Source: an uncultured Lachnospiraceae bacterium
GTDB taxonomy: Bacteria > Bacillota > Clostridia > Lachnospirales > Lachnospiraceae
Reading direction: 5' to 3'
Length of the DNA stretch: 64,000 bases
NCBI GenBank assembly: GCA_902469965.1
Contig: CABREP010000001.1
Coordinates: 26,807-90,806, forward strand
How positions within the stretch are numbered: position 1 is the stretch's first letter; the number at the start of each line of letters is the position of its first letter. The notes under the pieces were generated by a model. That model saw nothing but the letters and a program-made list of their open reading frames with translations, was not told the origin of the DNA and searched no databases. Positions 50,531 to 60,408 of this stretch are shown piece by piece. Made by a program: the position numbers and the translations under genes.

Positions 50531-53410
50531 ATGAGCATAAAATTTTCTGTTTTGGTTCCTGTTTATAATGTAGAGAAGAAATGGCTGGAACTGGCAGTGG
50601 AATCAGTGAAACGGCAGACCTATCAGAACTGGGAATTGTGCCTGGTAGATGACTGTTCTACAGATCCGGAGGTAAGAAAAAATCTGGAGCAGTTAAGATC
50701 CGATAAGATTAGGGTAAAGTTTCTGGAAAAAAACGGAGGAATTTCGGCTGCGACCAATGAAGCTGCAAAGATGGCAGAGGGAGAGTATCTGGTCCTGATG
50801 GATAATGATGATGAACTTAATTGTCAGGCACTGGAAAAATTTGCCGCGGCGATTGAGCAGACGGGGGCAGAGATTCTGTACAGTGATCAGGATATTGTAG
50901 ATACAGAAGGCGGTCACAGGGAGCCTCTGTGCAAGCCGGACTGGTCTCAGGATCTGCTCCTCAGCCAGATGTATATTGGGCATCTGCTGGGATTTAAGAA
51001 AACACTTTTTGAAAAAGCGGGAGGTTTTCGTAGCGAGTATAACGGAAGCCAGGATTATGATCTGATGCTGCGTATGTCTGAACTGACAGATCATATTGTC
51101 CACGTTCCGGAAATTCTGTATTCCTGGAGAGCCATTCCAAGTTCCACGGCGGTCAATCCGGAATCCAAGCCCTACGCGCAGGTAGTGGGACTGAAAGCAA
51201 TTCAGGATCACCTGGATCGTGTTTATGGTTCCGGGGAGGCGAAAGCAGAGGAAACAGAAAATTACTTTGTTTATGATGTCAGATATCGGCTGGAGGAGCA
51301 GCCGTTGGTTTCTGTGATTATTCCCACGAAAGATCATGCAGATCTTCTTAAGGGAGCCATAGACAGTATTTTTGAAAAAACCGAGTATTCAAATTATGAG
51401 ATTCTGATTCTGGATAATAACTCAGAAGAAAAGGAGACCTTCGCATATTTTGAACAGGTTGTAAAGGAACATGAAAATGTCCGGGTAGAAAAGGCGGCAT
51501 TTCCTTTTAACTGGTCCAGACTGAACAATTTCGGGATGGAAAAGGCGAAAGGAGATATCTTCCTTTTCCTGAATAATGATGTTAAGGTAATTGCTCCGGA
51601 GTGGATGACCAGATTGGCTGAAAAAGCGGTGCGCAAAGGGATCGGTGTTGTGGGAGGCCTGCTGCTTTATGAGGACGGTACCATCCAGCATGCCGGTGTT
51701 GTAGCCGGAATGGGAGGATGGGGAGATCATGTGTTCAAAGGAATGCAGCCGGTTCACTATGGATCTCCGTTTGTGTCGCCTATGGTTACAAGAAATGTGA
51801 CAGCAGTGACGGGAGCCTGCATGGCAATTTCCAGAGAGACCATAGAGAAGATAGGAGTTTTTGACGAGAATTTCATTATCTGCGGAAGCGATGTGGAAAT
51901 TTGCGTCAGGGCAATACAGAAGGGTTATCGCAATGTATATGATCCTTATGTGAAATTGTATCATTTTGAGTCAAAAAGCCGGGATTCGTATATTCCTCCC
52001 GTTGATTTCGAGATGTCAGATAAGATGTATCAGGTTTACCGGGAAAAGGGAGACCCTTATTTTAACCGGCAGCTGGACAGTTACAGCTGTGTGCCCAGGA
52101 TGGCAGAAAAGGAAAGCAGGGATGTGGTGCAGGTGGAGAAAAAAGAAGGAATACTGGAAAAATTGAAGAGAAAATATCGACAGATGAGCCGGAATACAGA
52201 GCCTGTGACGCAGGAAAAGGAACAGCCGGTGGATACCCATATCGCGGAGATCAATCCGTATACGTTCCGTAAAGTGGAGTATCCAAGAAAGAGAATAAAT
52301 CTGCTGCTGCCTTCGATTAATCCGGAACATGTATTCGGAGGAATTTCTACGGCACTGAAATTCTTTGAGAAGCTGGCAGATGAACTGGGATATGACAGAA
52401 GAATCATACTGGTCGATGCGGTTCCTGGAGAAGAGACGAGAGCAAAATATCGGGATCACTATACCTTTGCAGAGTGGAATGAAGATTGTCAGGAGCAAAA
52501 TCAGATTGTACCCTATGCTTATCGCAGCCAGTGTACGCTTCCGGTGAGTGAGAAGGATTATTTTATGTTTACCGGATGGTGGACTGCTCACTGTACCCAG
52601 GAGGCTTATGAGGACTTCCAGGAAAAGACGGGAATCGCGCCCAATCCTTTTATTAATTTTATTCAGGATTATGAGCCGGGATTTTATGCCTGGTCTACCA
52701 GATTTTTGCTGGCAGATGCTACTTATAAAAATGAGTATCCCCAGATTGCAGTGTTTAACACCAGGCTTTTGCAGGAATACTTCCATAATAACGGATATCA
52801 GTTTGCCTGGGAATTCGCCTTTGATCCGGTCTTGAACGGTCAGTTGAAATCCTGCCTGGATCAGCTGGGAACCAGTATTCAGAAAAAGAAACAGATTCTG
52901 GTATATGGAAGACCGGGAACCGAACGGAATGCTTTCAAACTGATTGTAGCGGCGCTGCGCAGGTGGGTAGAACAGCAGCAGGATATTGAGGAGTGGACGA
53001 TTCTCTCTGCGGGTGAACAGCATGCAAAAGTAGATCTGGGCAGAGGAAAATATCTGCAGTCGGTGGGCAAGCTTACGCTGCAGGAGTATGCAAAGACACT
53101 GGAGGAGTCCTATGCAGGGATTTCGCTGATGGCCTCCCCTCATCCCAGCTATCCGCCGCTTGAAATGTCTGTGTTTGGAGTGAAAGTAATTACAAATACG
53201 TTCGCAAATAAAGACCTGAAAGATTTTAACAGTAATATTGTATCGCTTAACAATATCAGTCCCAGCCATATTGCAAAAGAACTGAAGAAAATCTGCGATA
53301 ATTATCGCATGATCGTTCCTCATGAGATGACGAACCAGGAGTACTGCGATAATGAAAATGTCTTTGATTTTATAAAAGAAATCAAACAGATTTTAAATAA
53401 AGATGCCTAA
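50531..53410 (+). CDS. Three-module glycosyltransferase: GT2, GT2 and a C-terminal WsaF-like (GT4-fold rhamnosyltransferase-like) domain
   Basis: 959 aa. Module 1 is FSVLVPVYNVEK...MDNDD. Module 2 is VSVIIPTKDH...LNNDV...QHAG. The C-terminal INLLLPSINPEHVFGGISTALKFF...SLMASPHPSYPPLEMSVFG resembles the WsaF family. That call is from memory. Confidence 0.85.
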   Translation: MSIKFSVLVPVYNVEKKWLELAVESVKRQTYQNWELCLVDDCSTDPEVRKNLEQLRSDKIRVKFLEKNGGISAATNEAAKMAEGEYLVLMDNDDELNCQALEKFAAAIEQTGAEILYSDQDIVDTEGGHREPLCKPDWSQDLLLSQMYIGHLLGFKKTLFEKAGGFRSEYNGSQDYDLMLRMSELTDHIVHVPEILYSWRAIPSSTAVNPESKPYAQVVGLKAIQDHLDRVYGSGEAKAEETENYFVYDVRYRLEEQPLVSVIIPTKDHADLLKGAIDSIFEKTEYSNYEILILDNNSEEKETFAYFEQVVKEHENVRVEKAAFPFNWSRLNNFGMEKAKGDIFLFLNNDVKVIAPEWMTRLAEKAVRKGIGVVGGLLLYEDGTIQHAGVVAGMGGWGDHVFKGMQPVHYGSPFVSPMVTRNVTAVTGACMAISRETIEKIGVFDENFIICGSDVEICVRAIQKGYRNVYDPYVKLYHFESKSRDSYIPPVDFEMSDKMYQVYREKGDPYFNRQLDSYSCVPRMAEKESRDVVQVEKKEGILEKLKRKYRQMSRNTEPVTQEKEQPVDTHIAEINPYTFRKVEYPRKRINLLLPSINPEHVFGGISTALKFFEKLADELGYDRRIILVDAVPGEETRAKYRDHYTFAEWNEDCQEQNQIVPYAYRSQCTLPVSEKDYFMFTGWWTAHCTQEAYEDFQEKTGIAPNPFINFIQDYEPGFYAWSTRFLLADATYKNEYPQIAVFNTRLLQEYFHNNGYQFAWEFAFDPVLNGQLKSCLDQLGTSIQKKKQILVYGRPGTERNAFKLIVAALRRWVEQQQDIEEWTILSAGEQHAKVDLGRGKYLQSVGKLTLQEYAKTLEESYAGISLMASPHPSYPPLEMSVFGVKVITNTFANKDLKDFNSNIVSLNNISPSHIAKELKKICDNYRMIVPHEMTNQEYCDNENVFDFIKEIKQILNKDA

Positions 53411-53419
53411 GGGGGAAGC

Positions 53420-54328
53420 ATGGAAAATCAAATTGGAAAAGTAAAGCTGAATTATCAGTTTTACCAGGGATCAGACCAGTACAGTGACGGTGCGATCGAA
53501 GATGAGCTTCTGGAAATGGTAAAAAATGAAACAGACGTGGAAAAAATTCTGCGAACGGATAATCGCTGGCCGGTTTTGTATCATCTGTCTCCAGTGCGGC
53601 AGAATATTGTAGAGTGGTATCCTTTTGAGAAGGAAGCTTCTGTGCTGGAAGTAGGTGCAGGCTGCGGAGCTATTTCAGGGGCACTCTGCCGGAGCGTGAG
53701 GAGAGTTGTGTCCGTGGAACTTTCCAGAAGGCGGTCTCTGATTAATGCGTACCGCAACCGGGAATGTGAAAACCTGGAGATTGTGGTGGGGAATTTTAAT
53801 CAGATTCAGCTGAATGAGAAATTTGATTACATTACCCTGATAGGGGTTCTTGAATATGCCAGATGTTATACGGAAAGCGAAAATCCTTTCTTGAGCTTTG
53901 TGGAAAATCTGAAAAAACTTCTGAAGCCGGGTGGAAAACTTCTGGTTGCCATTGAGAATAAGTTTGGTCTGAAATACTGGGCTGGAGCCAGGGAGGATCA
54001 TACAGGGGTTTTCTTTGACGGGCTGGAGGGATATCACGCGACAGCCAGCGAAGTTCGGACTTTTTCAAGGAAAGAGCTGGATCGGGTTTTCCGGGAAGCG
54101 GGTTTTTCGGAGACAGAGTTTTATTATCCTTTCCCGGATTACAAATTTCCAGTACAGATATTTTCAGATGAGTATCTTCCCAAAGAGGAGGATCTGGCCT
54201 GCAGCAAGGCGTCCTATGATGCCAGCCGGTATTATCTCTTTAATGAGACATCGGTTTATCATGAACTGATCAATGCGGAAGAATTTCCGTTTTTTGCCAA
54301 TTCCTTTTTTGTGGAAGCGAAGGTGTGA
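53420..54328 (+). CDS. Class I SAM-dependent methyltransferase (polysaccharide-locus type)
   Basis: 302 aa with motif I VLEVGAGCGAISGAL, then a D/E-containing post-I stretch (VSVELS) and IGVLEYA. Confidence 0.85.
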   Translation: MENQIGKVKLNYQFYQGSDQYSDGAIEDELLEMVKNETDVEKILRTDNRWPVLYHLSPVRQNIVEWYPFEKEASVLEVGAGCGAISGALCRSVRRVVSVELSRRRSLINAYRNRECENLEIVVGNFNQIQLNEKFDYITLIGVLEYARCYTESENPFLSFVENLKKLLKPGGKLLVAIENKFGLKYWAGAREDHTGVFFDGLEGYHATASEVRTFSRKELDRVFREAGFSETEFYYPFPDYKFPVQIFSDEYLPKEEDLACSKASYDASRYYLFNETSVYHELINAEEFPFFANSFFVEAKV

Positions 54329-54337
54329 GGTGTCCCA

Positions 54338-55729
54338 GTGAAAAAGCTATATTCAAAATTTACAAAAGAAAGAGGAAAAGCTTTTCAGATCGAGACAGCG
54401 ATCTGGGAGAAGGAGGACGGAGAGCGGGAAGTGACAAAACGCCCGCTGTCTGCGGCATCCCGGGGTCATGTGGCAAAAATGTATGAAAATTTCCGCTGGT
54501 TTGAGGAGAGCGGATTTCTTCTTCCCTGCCGTCGGAAAGATGATATGGTTATATTTCCTTTTATTACAGGGAAAAGTTATTACAATTCTCTGATGGAAGC
54601 AATCAGTCGAAAAGACAGGGGGGCTTTTCTTGAAGTTCTGCAAAAATACAAAGCTTTGATGGACAGTCTGTATCCGGAGAGAAGCCCTATGAAAAAAGAT
54701 CCGGAATTTGAGCGTATTTTTGGACTGGCAGATCCGTTTTTGGGGATGGAGGCGGTTGCCAGACTGAATATCGACCTGACGTTTGACAACATTCTGGTTC
54801 AGGGGGAGAAGGTCCAGATTATCGATTACGAATGGATCTTTGATTTCCCGATTCCGATCAAGTATCCGATGTACCGGGCTTTGTATGCCCTGTGCCTCAA
54901 GAACAGAAATCAGTTTATTGATTTTATCCGGGAAGAAGAAATTTATGGAACGATGGGCATTTCCCAGGAAGAATGTGAGCTGTTTTTCCGTATGAACGAA
55001 GCTTTTATGTGGTATGTGGAGGGCGGTTCTGAATCCTATACCAAGATGCTTCAGGCTTACGAGAAACCGGCGCTCAGTCTTGAAATGTCCAAAATGCCTC
55101 AGAACTTCTTCGCCCAGATTTTCTGGGAGACAGGAAGCGGATACTCGGAAGAAGCCTGTGAAAATTATGTAATTTCAGCTACACAAAAAGAAGTTTTTCT
55201 GGAAAAAGATCTGGCTGACTATTCCGGGATCCGGGAGGTGCGGATCGATCCTCTGAATGTTTCTGTCCTGATTGAGAATTTTCAGGTTACAGTGGAAACA
55301 CAGGGACAGGGCATGCGGAAGATTGGACTGGAGGAGATGAGAACGAACCGGAAATGGTTTGTGGGAAGCAATCTGCTGTTTGAATCGGAAGATCCCCAGA
55401 TCCTGATTGCAGTTCCGGAAGGAGAGATCTGGAAAAAGATCCGGGTGGAATACAGAATCTGCCGGAAAGAGATCGAGCGGCTGCGTCCTTATAAAGAAGT
55501 GCTGGACAGCGAATATGCGGAGAGGCAGAAGAGGATGCAGGAAAGGCTGCAGAGTGAACTGGAAGAACAGAACAATCTTTTGAAAGAAAGTATGGATAAG
55601 CTGGAACATCAGGAAAATCTGCTGCGTCTTTACCGGGATAAGCTGCAGTATATTGAAAGTTCTAAAATTTACAGAGGCCTGCTGAAAAATAAAGTGGATA
55701 AGCAGGAACTGTGGGAAGAATTAAAATAA
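54338..55729 (+). CDS. Kinase-like fold protein with a central beta-rich domain and a C-terminal coiled coil (WbdD-like terminator/ruler candidate)
   Basis: 463 aa with a GTG start after a GAGGTG RBS. NIDLTFDN fits the [HN]xDxxxxN Brenner-type motif and IIDYEW fits the IDxE motif of the APH/choline-kinase fold. The last 75 aa or so are heptad-like and charged (ERQKRMQERLQSELEEQNNLLKESMDKLEHQENLLRLYRDKLQ). Confidence 0.55.
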   Translation: MKKLYSKFTKERGKAFQIETAIWEKEDGEREVTKRPLSAASRGHVAKMYENFRWFEESGFLLPCRRKDDMVIFPFITGKSYYNSLMEAISRKDRGAFLEVLQKYKALMDSLYPERSPMKKDPEFERIFGLADPFLGMEAVARLNIDLTFDNILVQGEKVQIIDYEWIFDFPIPIKYPMYRALYALCLKNRNQFIDFIREEEIYGTMGISQEECELFFRMNEAFMWYVEGGSESYTKMLQAYEKPALSLEMSKMPQNFFAQIFWETGSGYSEEACENYVISATQKEVFLEKDLADYSGIREVRIDPLNVSVLIENFQVTVETQGQGMRKIGLEEMRTNRKWFVGSNLLFESEDPQILIAVPEGEIWKKIRVEYRICRKEIERLRPYKEVLDSEYAERQKRMQERLQSELEEQNNLLKESMDKLEHQENLLRLYRDKLQYIESSKIYRGLLKNKVDKQELWEELK

Positions 55730-55754
55730 GGAACAGGCAGATGGAGGCGGAAGG

Positions 55755-57566
55755 ATGGCCGGAAAAATGAAAACAATTATAAAGAAGCTTCGCCCCGGCT
55801 ATGTGGGCAGGGGGATCCGCTATTTGAAGAAGAATGGCGGAAAAGCTTTCTTTGTGCGGGTATTCACCAATGATACGGCAGTAATACCGTATGAAAAATG
55901 GTTCCGTCTGCATCGGGTCAGGAAAAAGGAACTGGAGCAGCAGCGCAGGGAGAGGTCAGACGGGCTGAAGTTTTCTATTCTTGTTCCGGTCTACCAGACT
56001 CCGGAGAAATTTCTGCGGGAGATGCTGCATTCTGTTCAGGAACAGAGTTACCGGAACTGGGAACTGTGTATTGCAAACGGGAGTCCTGAAAATGCAGGTG
56101 TGCGGGAGATTCTGGAGGAATATCAGAAAAAAGATGGACGGATAAGAGTCAGAAATCTGGAAGAAAACAGGGGAATTGCGGGGAATACCAATGCAGCTCT
56201 TGAAATGGCTTCCGGGGATTTTGCAGCTCTTTTGGATCATGATGATCTTCTGGAACCGGATGCACTCTATGAGATGGCGGCGCTTTTGAAAAAAAATCCG
56301 GACATGGATGCGGTTTATACAGATGAAGATAAGGTGAACGGTCAGGGAACTTCTTTTTTTCAGCCTCATTTTAAGCCGGATTTTAATCCGGATCTGCTGC
56401 GCTCTAACAATTATATCTGCCATTTCTTTGCGGTTCGCACAGATCTGGCAAGACGGACCGGAGGATTCCGAAGGGAGTATGAGGGGGCGCAGGATTACGA
56501 TTACATTTTTCGGTGTACGGAGCAGTCTTCCCGGATCGGTCATGTGCCCCGGATCCTGTATCACTGGAGAACGCACAGCCAGTCTACGGCGGAAAATCCG
56601 GAAAGCAAGCAGTATGCTTTTGAGGCGGGAGCCCGGGCAATAGAATCCCATCTGAAACGTCAGGGGGTGAAGGCTTCTGTGAACATGCGGGAGAATCCGG
56701 GTTTTTACCGGGTCTCTTATGACGTGCAGGGAAGTCCGCTGGTGTCAGTGCTGATTCCCAATAAGGATCAGAAGGAGAAACTTCAGGTCTGTGTGGAATC
56801 CATCCTTGCGAAGACTGCCTATGAGAATTATGAGATTCTGATTATTGAGAACAACAGTGTGACTCCGGAGATCTTTGCCTATTATAAAGAGCTGGAAAAG
56901 AATCCAAGAATTCAGATTCTGCGGTGGGAGAGGGCATTTAATTATTCTGCGATTAACAATTATGGGGCAGAGAAGGCCAGGGGAGAGTATCTTCTTTTGC
57001 TGAATAATGATGTGGAGATCCTGCAGGAAGGCTGGATGAAGGAACTGGTGGGAAACTGTCAGAGAGAAGAAGTGGGAGCAGTTGGTGTAAAACTGTATTA
57101 TCCCGACGGAACGATCCAACATGCCGGGACAATCGTGGGACTGGGCGGCGTAGCGGGGCATGCTTTTGCAGGATTTTCGGAAGAGCAGGGAAGTTATATG
57201 CACCGGGCTGCGATACAGATGGATTATAGCGCCGTTACAGCAGCCTGCATGATGGTAAGAAAAGAGGTCTTTTTTCAGGCAGGAGGTCTGGAGGAAAAAC
57301 TGGAGGTTGCCTTTAATGACGTAGATTTCTGTCTTAAGCTCCGAAAACTGGGTTATCTGATCGTCTATGATCCGGATGTGAAGCTGTACCATTATGAGTC
57401 TGCGACCAGAGGCGAGGAAGATAATCCGGAGAAGAAGGCCAGATTTCAGAGAGAAATAGATTATATGAAACAGCAGTGGCAGGAAATTCTGGAGATAGGG
57501 GATCCCTGTTATAATCCAAATCTGACACTGCTTGCGGGAGATTATTCCCAGCGATGGGGAGGTTAA
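55755..57566 (+). CDS. Dual-domain family 2 glycosyltransferase
   Basis: 603 aa. GT2 module 1 is FSILVPVYQTP...LDHDD. GT2 module 2 is VSVLIPNKDQ...LNNDVE...QHAG. Confidence 0.9.
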   Translation: MAGKMKTIIKKLRPGYVGRGIRYLKKNGGKAFFVRVFTNDTAVIPYEKWFRLHRVRKKELEQQRRERSDGLKFSILVPVYQTPEKFLREMLHSVQEQSYRNWELCIANGSPENAGVREILEEYQKKDGRIRVRNLEENRGIAGNTNAALEMASGDFAALLDHDDLLEPDALYEMAALLKKNPDMDAVYTDEDKVNGQGTSFFQPHFKPDFNPDLLRSNNYICHFFAVRTDLARRTGGFRREYEGAQDYDYIFRCTEQSSRIGHVPRILYHWRTHSQSTAENPESKQYAFEAGARAIESHLKRQGVKASVNMRENPGFYRVSYDVQGSPLVSVLIPNKDQKEKLQVCVESILAKTAYENYEILIIENNSVTPEIFAYYKELEKNPRIQILRWERAFNYSAINNYGAEKARGEYLLLLNNDVEILQEGWMKELVGNCQREEVGAVGVKLYYPDGTIQHAGTIVGLGGVAGHAFAGFSEEQGSYMHRAAIQMDYSAVTAACMMVRKEVFFQAGGLEEKLEVAFNDVDFCLKLRKLGYLIVYDPDVKLYHYESATRGEEDNPEKKARFQREIDYMKQQWQEILEIGDPCYNPNLTLLAGDYSQRWGG

Positions 57567-57570
57567 AGCT

Positions 57571-59340
57571 ATGAAAAAACTGTCCTCTTATCAGGTGAAA
57601 CGGGGGCTTCAGTATTTCCGGAAGCACGGGGTGAAGCAGTTTGTCCGCCGCTTCGGGGAAAAGACAGGAATTGTGGAGACTGCATATCCGGGCTGGTTTG
57701 AAAAGCACAGAACTTCGGAGCGGGAATTGGCAGAACAGCGGGAGAAGTGTTTTCGCGATCCGCTTCTTTTCAGCTTCGTGGTTCCTGCCTATAATACGCC
57801 GGAACGTTATCTGAGAGAGCTGATCAATTCGCTTCTGGCGCAGACGTATGCCGGCTGGGAACTCTGTCTGGCAGATGGAAGTCCGGATGGAGATGTGGTC
57901 TGCGGCGTGGTGAAAGAGTATGCGGACGCGAGGATCCACTACCGTCATCTGGAGGAAAATTATGGGATTTCCGGTAATACAAATGCGGCGCTGGAGATGG
58001 CAGCGGGGGATTTCATTGTACTGGCGGATCACGATGACCTTCTGGAGCCGGACGCCCTGTTCCGAATGATGGAAGTGCTGGAGCAGGATCCGGGAACCGA
58101 TGTGATCTATACAGATGAGGGGAAGATCACCATGGATGGGAGCCGGATTTTTGATCCCCATTTTAAGTCGGACTTTAACTGGTGGCTGCTGCGCAGCAAC
58201 AATTATATCTGTCATATTTTTGCGGTGCGCGCATCCATAGGAAAACGGGTGGGCGGATTCTGCAGGGAATATGACGGCGCTCAGGACTATGATTATATCC
58301 TGAAATGCTGCGAGAAGGCGGAGAAGATTGTCCATATTCCCCGGATCCTGTATCACTGGAGGGCACATCCGGGTTCTACTGCGGGAGATCCGGCCAGTAA
58401 AAGTTATGCCTACGAGGCGGGCTGCAGAGCGCTGAACGATCATTATCAGAGAGCCGGAATCCGGGCGCGGGCAGAGTATACCGGTCTTCCGGGCAGATAC
58501 CGCACCCGTTTTGAACTGAAGGAGACACCGGAAATCTGCGTACTGCTTACGTATACCGGAAAGGAACAGGAACTGCTTTCCAGTGTGAAGGCACTTCGGG
58601 AAGGAACCGGCTATCCCTGCTGGAACTTGTGGATTCTGGCCGGAAACCGACAGAAGATTTCTCCGGAGACACTGGAAAAGCTGGGAGAAGTCACTTTCTT
58701 TCAGAGGGAATGTCATTCTCTGCCGGAACTGTGGAACCGGGCAGCAGAAGAATGTGGCGGAAGTTACCTCCTCTTTTTAAATGGGGCGTACCGGCCGGTG
58801 CACTGCGACTGGATTCGGGAACTTCTGGGTCAGTGTGTACAGAAGAATGTGGGGGCGGCGGGAGCAAAGCTGCTCTACAGCGACCGGAAGATCTGTCAGG
58901 CCGGTGTCTGCGTGGGGATGTATGCAGTGGCGGGAAATGAAGCGGAAGGCGCAAAGTACCTGGATGAAGGCTGCAATGCCTGGAATATTTCCAACCGAAA
59001 TGTCAGTGCGGTGACAGATGTGGTGATCACACCGAGAGAAGTCTGGGAGGCGCTGGGCGGAGTAAAGACGGAATACAAAAGTTATCTGGCTATGACGGAT
59101 TACTGTCTGCGGGCCGGACAGCTGGGATATGGGATCGTGTATACGCCCTGGGCTGAACTGAAGAGTGTGCAGAAATTCCGAAAAGACAGACAGCGCTGGG
59201 AGAAGCGGGAAGGAGAACTGTTCCGGAAAGAGTGGACAGAGTTCCTGGATCGGGGAGATCCGTTTTATTCGCCGAATCTGTCGCTGGACGGACCGGATTT
59301 TCGTTATTCCGGTTCTGATGAAAAATACGGGGAAAGATAA
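57571..59340 (+). CDS. Dual-domain GT2 paralog whose second module lacks the DxD-type motif
   Basis: Module 1 is intact (FSFVVPAYNTP...ADHDD). Module 2 reads LLFLNGAYRP where paralogs have LNNDVE, and the QHAG equivalent reads CQAG. ATG 57571 follows a GGGGAGG RBS. Confidence 0.85.
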   Translation: MKKLSSYQVKRGLQYFRKHGVKQFVRRFGEKTGIVETAYPGWFEKHRTSERELAEQREKCFRDPLLFSFVVPAYNTPERYLRELINSLLAQTYAGWELCLADGSPDGDVVCGVVKEYADARIHYRHLEENYGISGNTNAALEMAAGDFIVLADHDDLLEPDALFRMMEVLEQDPGTDVIYTDEGKITMDGSRIFDPHFKSDFNWWLLRSNNYICHIFAVRASIGKRVGGFCREYDGAQDYDYILKCCEKAEKIVHIPRILYHWRAHPGSTAGDPASKSYAYEAGCRALNDHYQRAGIRARAEYTGLPGRYRTRFELKETPEICVLLTYTGKEQELLSSVKALREGTGYPCWNLWILAGNRQKISPETLEKLGEVTFFQRECHSLPELWNRAAEECGGSYLLFLNGAYRPVHCDWIRELLGQCVQKNVGAAGAKLLYSDRKICQAGVCVGMYAVAGNEAEGAKYLDEGCNAWNISNRNVSAVTDVVITPREVWEALGGVKTEYKSYLAMTDYCLRAGQLGYGIVYTPWAELKSVQKFRKDRQRWEKREGELFRKEWTEFLDRGDPFYSPNLSLDGPDFRYSGSDEKYGER

Positions 59341-59353
59341 AGGAAACAGTAGT

Positions 59354-60313
59354 ATGAAAAAAGCGGCGGTGATAATTCCCAATTACAATGGGGCCGGATA
59401 TCTGGGACCCTGCCTGGACAGCCTTATGAGGCAGAGTGAGAAGTCTTTTTCTGTGATCGTGGTGGACAATGGTTCCACGGACGGGAGCAGGGAACTGATA
59501 CGGGAAAAATATCCCTGGGCAGAGCTTCTCTGTCTGGAGGAAAATACGGGATTCTGCGGGGCGGTAAACCGGGGAATCCAGGCGGCAGAAGAACCGTATG
59601 TAATACTGCTGAACAATGATACGGAAGCAGAGCCTGATTTTATCAGGGAACTGCTGGAAGGGATCGGGCGCCATCGGAGAGCTTTTGCATGCGGGGCGAA
59701 GATGCTGCAGGCACACAGCCCGGAGCTTTTGGATGACGCCGGAGATTTTTACAGTGCCCTTGGCTGGGCGGCGGCCCGGGGCAAGGGGAAGCCGGAAGCA
59801 GAGTACAGCCGGGAAGAGAAGATTTTTTCGGCCTGTGCGGGGGCGGCTATCTACCGCAGGAAGGTGCTTCTCGGCCTCGGGCTCTTTGATGAAGAACATT
59901 TTGCCTATCTGGAGGATCTGGATATTTGCTATCGGGCCAGACTGTACGGTTATGAGAACTGGTATCTCCCGAAAGCCCGGGTGCGTCATGTGGGGAGCGG
60001 AACCAGCGGATCCCGCTATAATCTGTTCAAGGTGCGATACTCTTCCAGGAATAACATTTACCTGATCTGGAAAAATATGCCCCTGTTTCAGATCCTGTTG
60101 AATCTGCCGTTTCTTCTGGCAGGGTTTGGCGCCAAATTCCTTTTTTTCGCGGGAAAAGGATTCGGAAAGGAGTATCTGGCCGGCATCCGAAATGGTTTTC
60201 AGCTGTGTCGGAAATCCGAAAAAAAGACGAAATTTACCTGGAAACGGCTTCTGGTATACAGCAGGATTCAGCTGGAACTGTGGAAGAATCTGTGCTGCAC
60301 GCTTCGCCGCTGA
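59354..60313 (+). CDS. Family 2 glycosyltransferase (single domain)
   Basis: About 319 aa with AAVIIPNYNGAGYL...VVDNGSTDGS...LLNNDTE motifs. ATG 59354 was chosen on domain completeness. Confidence 0.85.
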   Translation: MKKAAVIIPNYNGAGYLGPCLDSLMRQSEKSFSVIVVDNGSTDGSRELIREKYPWAELLCLEENTGFCGAVNRGIQAAEEPYVILLNNDTEAEPDFIRELLEGIGRHRRAFACGAKMLQAHSPELLDDAGDFYSALGWAAARGKGKPEAEYSREEKIFSACAGAAIYRRKVLLGLGLFDEEHFAYLEDLDICYRARLYGYENWYLPKARVRHVGSGTSGSRYNLFKVRYSSRNNIYLIWKNMPLFQILLNLPFLLAGFGAKFLFFAGKGFGKEYLAGIRNGFQLCRKSEKKTKFTWKRLLVYSRIQLELWKNLCCTLRR

Positions 60314-60359
60314 CGGTCCGCTTAAGATTTGCTTAAAGAAATCGTCAGCAAACAAAAGG

Positions 60360-60388
60360 TTGCCTAATGGCAATACTTATTGTATAGT
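60360..60388 (+). promoter_or_regulatory. Possible internal sigma-A promoter (TTGCCT-17-TATAGT)
   Basis: It lies in the only sizeable intergenic gap of the locus (60314-60408), upstream of the priming transferase gene. Confidence 0.4.
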
Positions 60389-60408
60389 AAAGAATGGAAA
60401 GGACTTAG

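Noticed and set aside
52016-53323. A 435-aa minus-strand ORF inside the 959-aa glycosyltransferase gene.
   Set aside because: It is a shadow ORF. The sense strand encodes a collinear WsaF-like domain, and the antisense product has no motifs.
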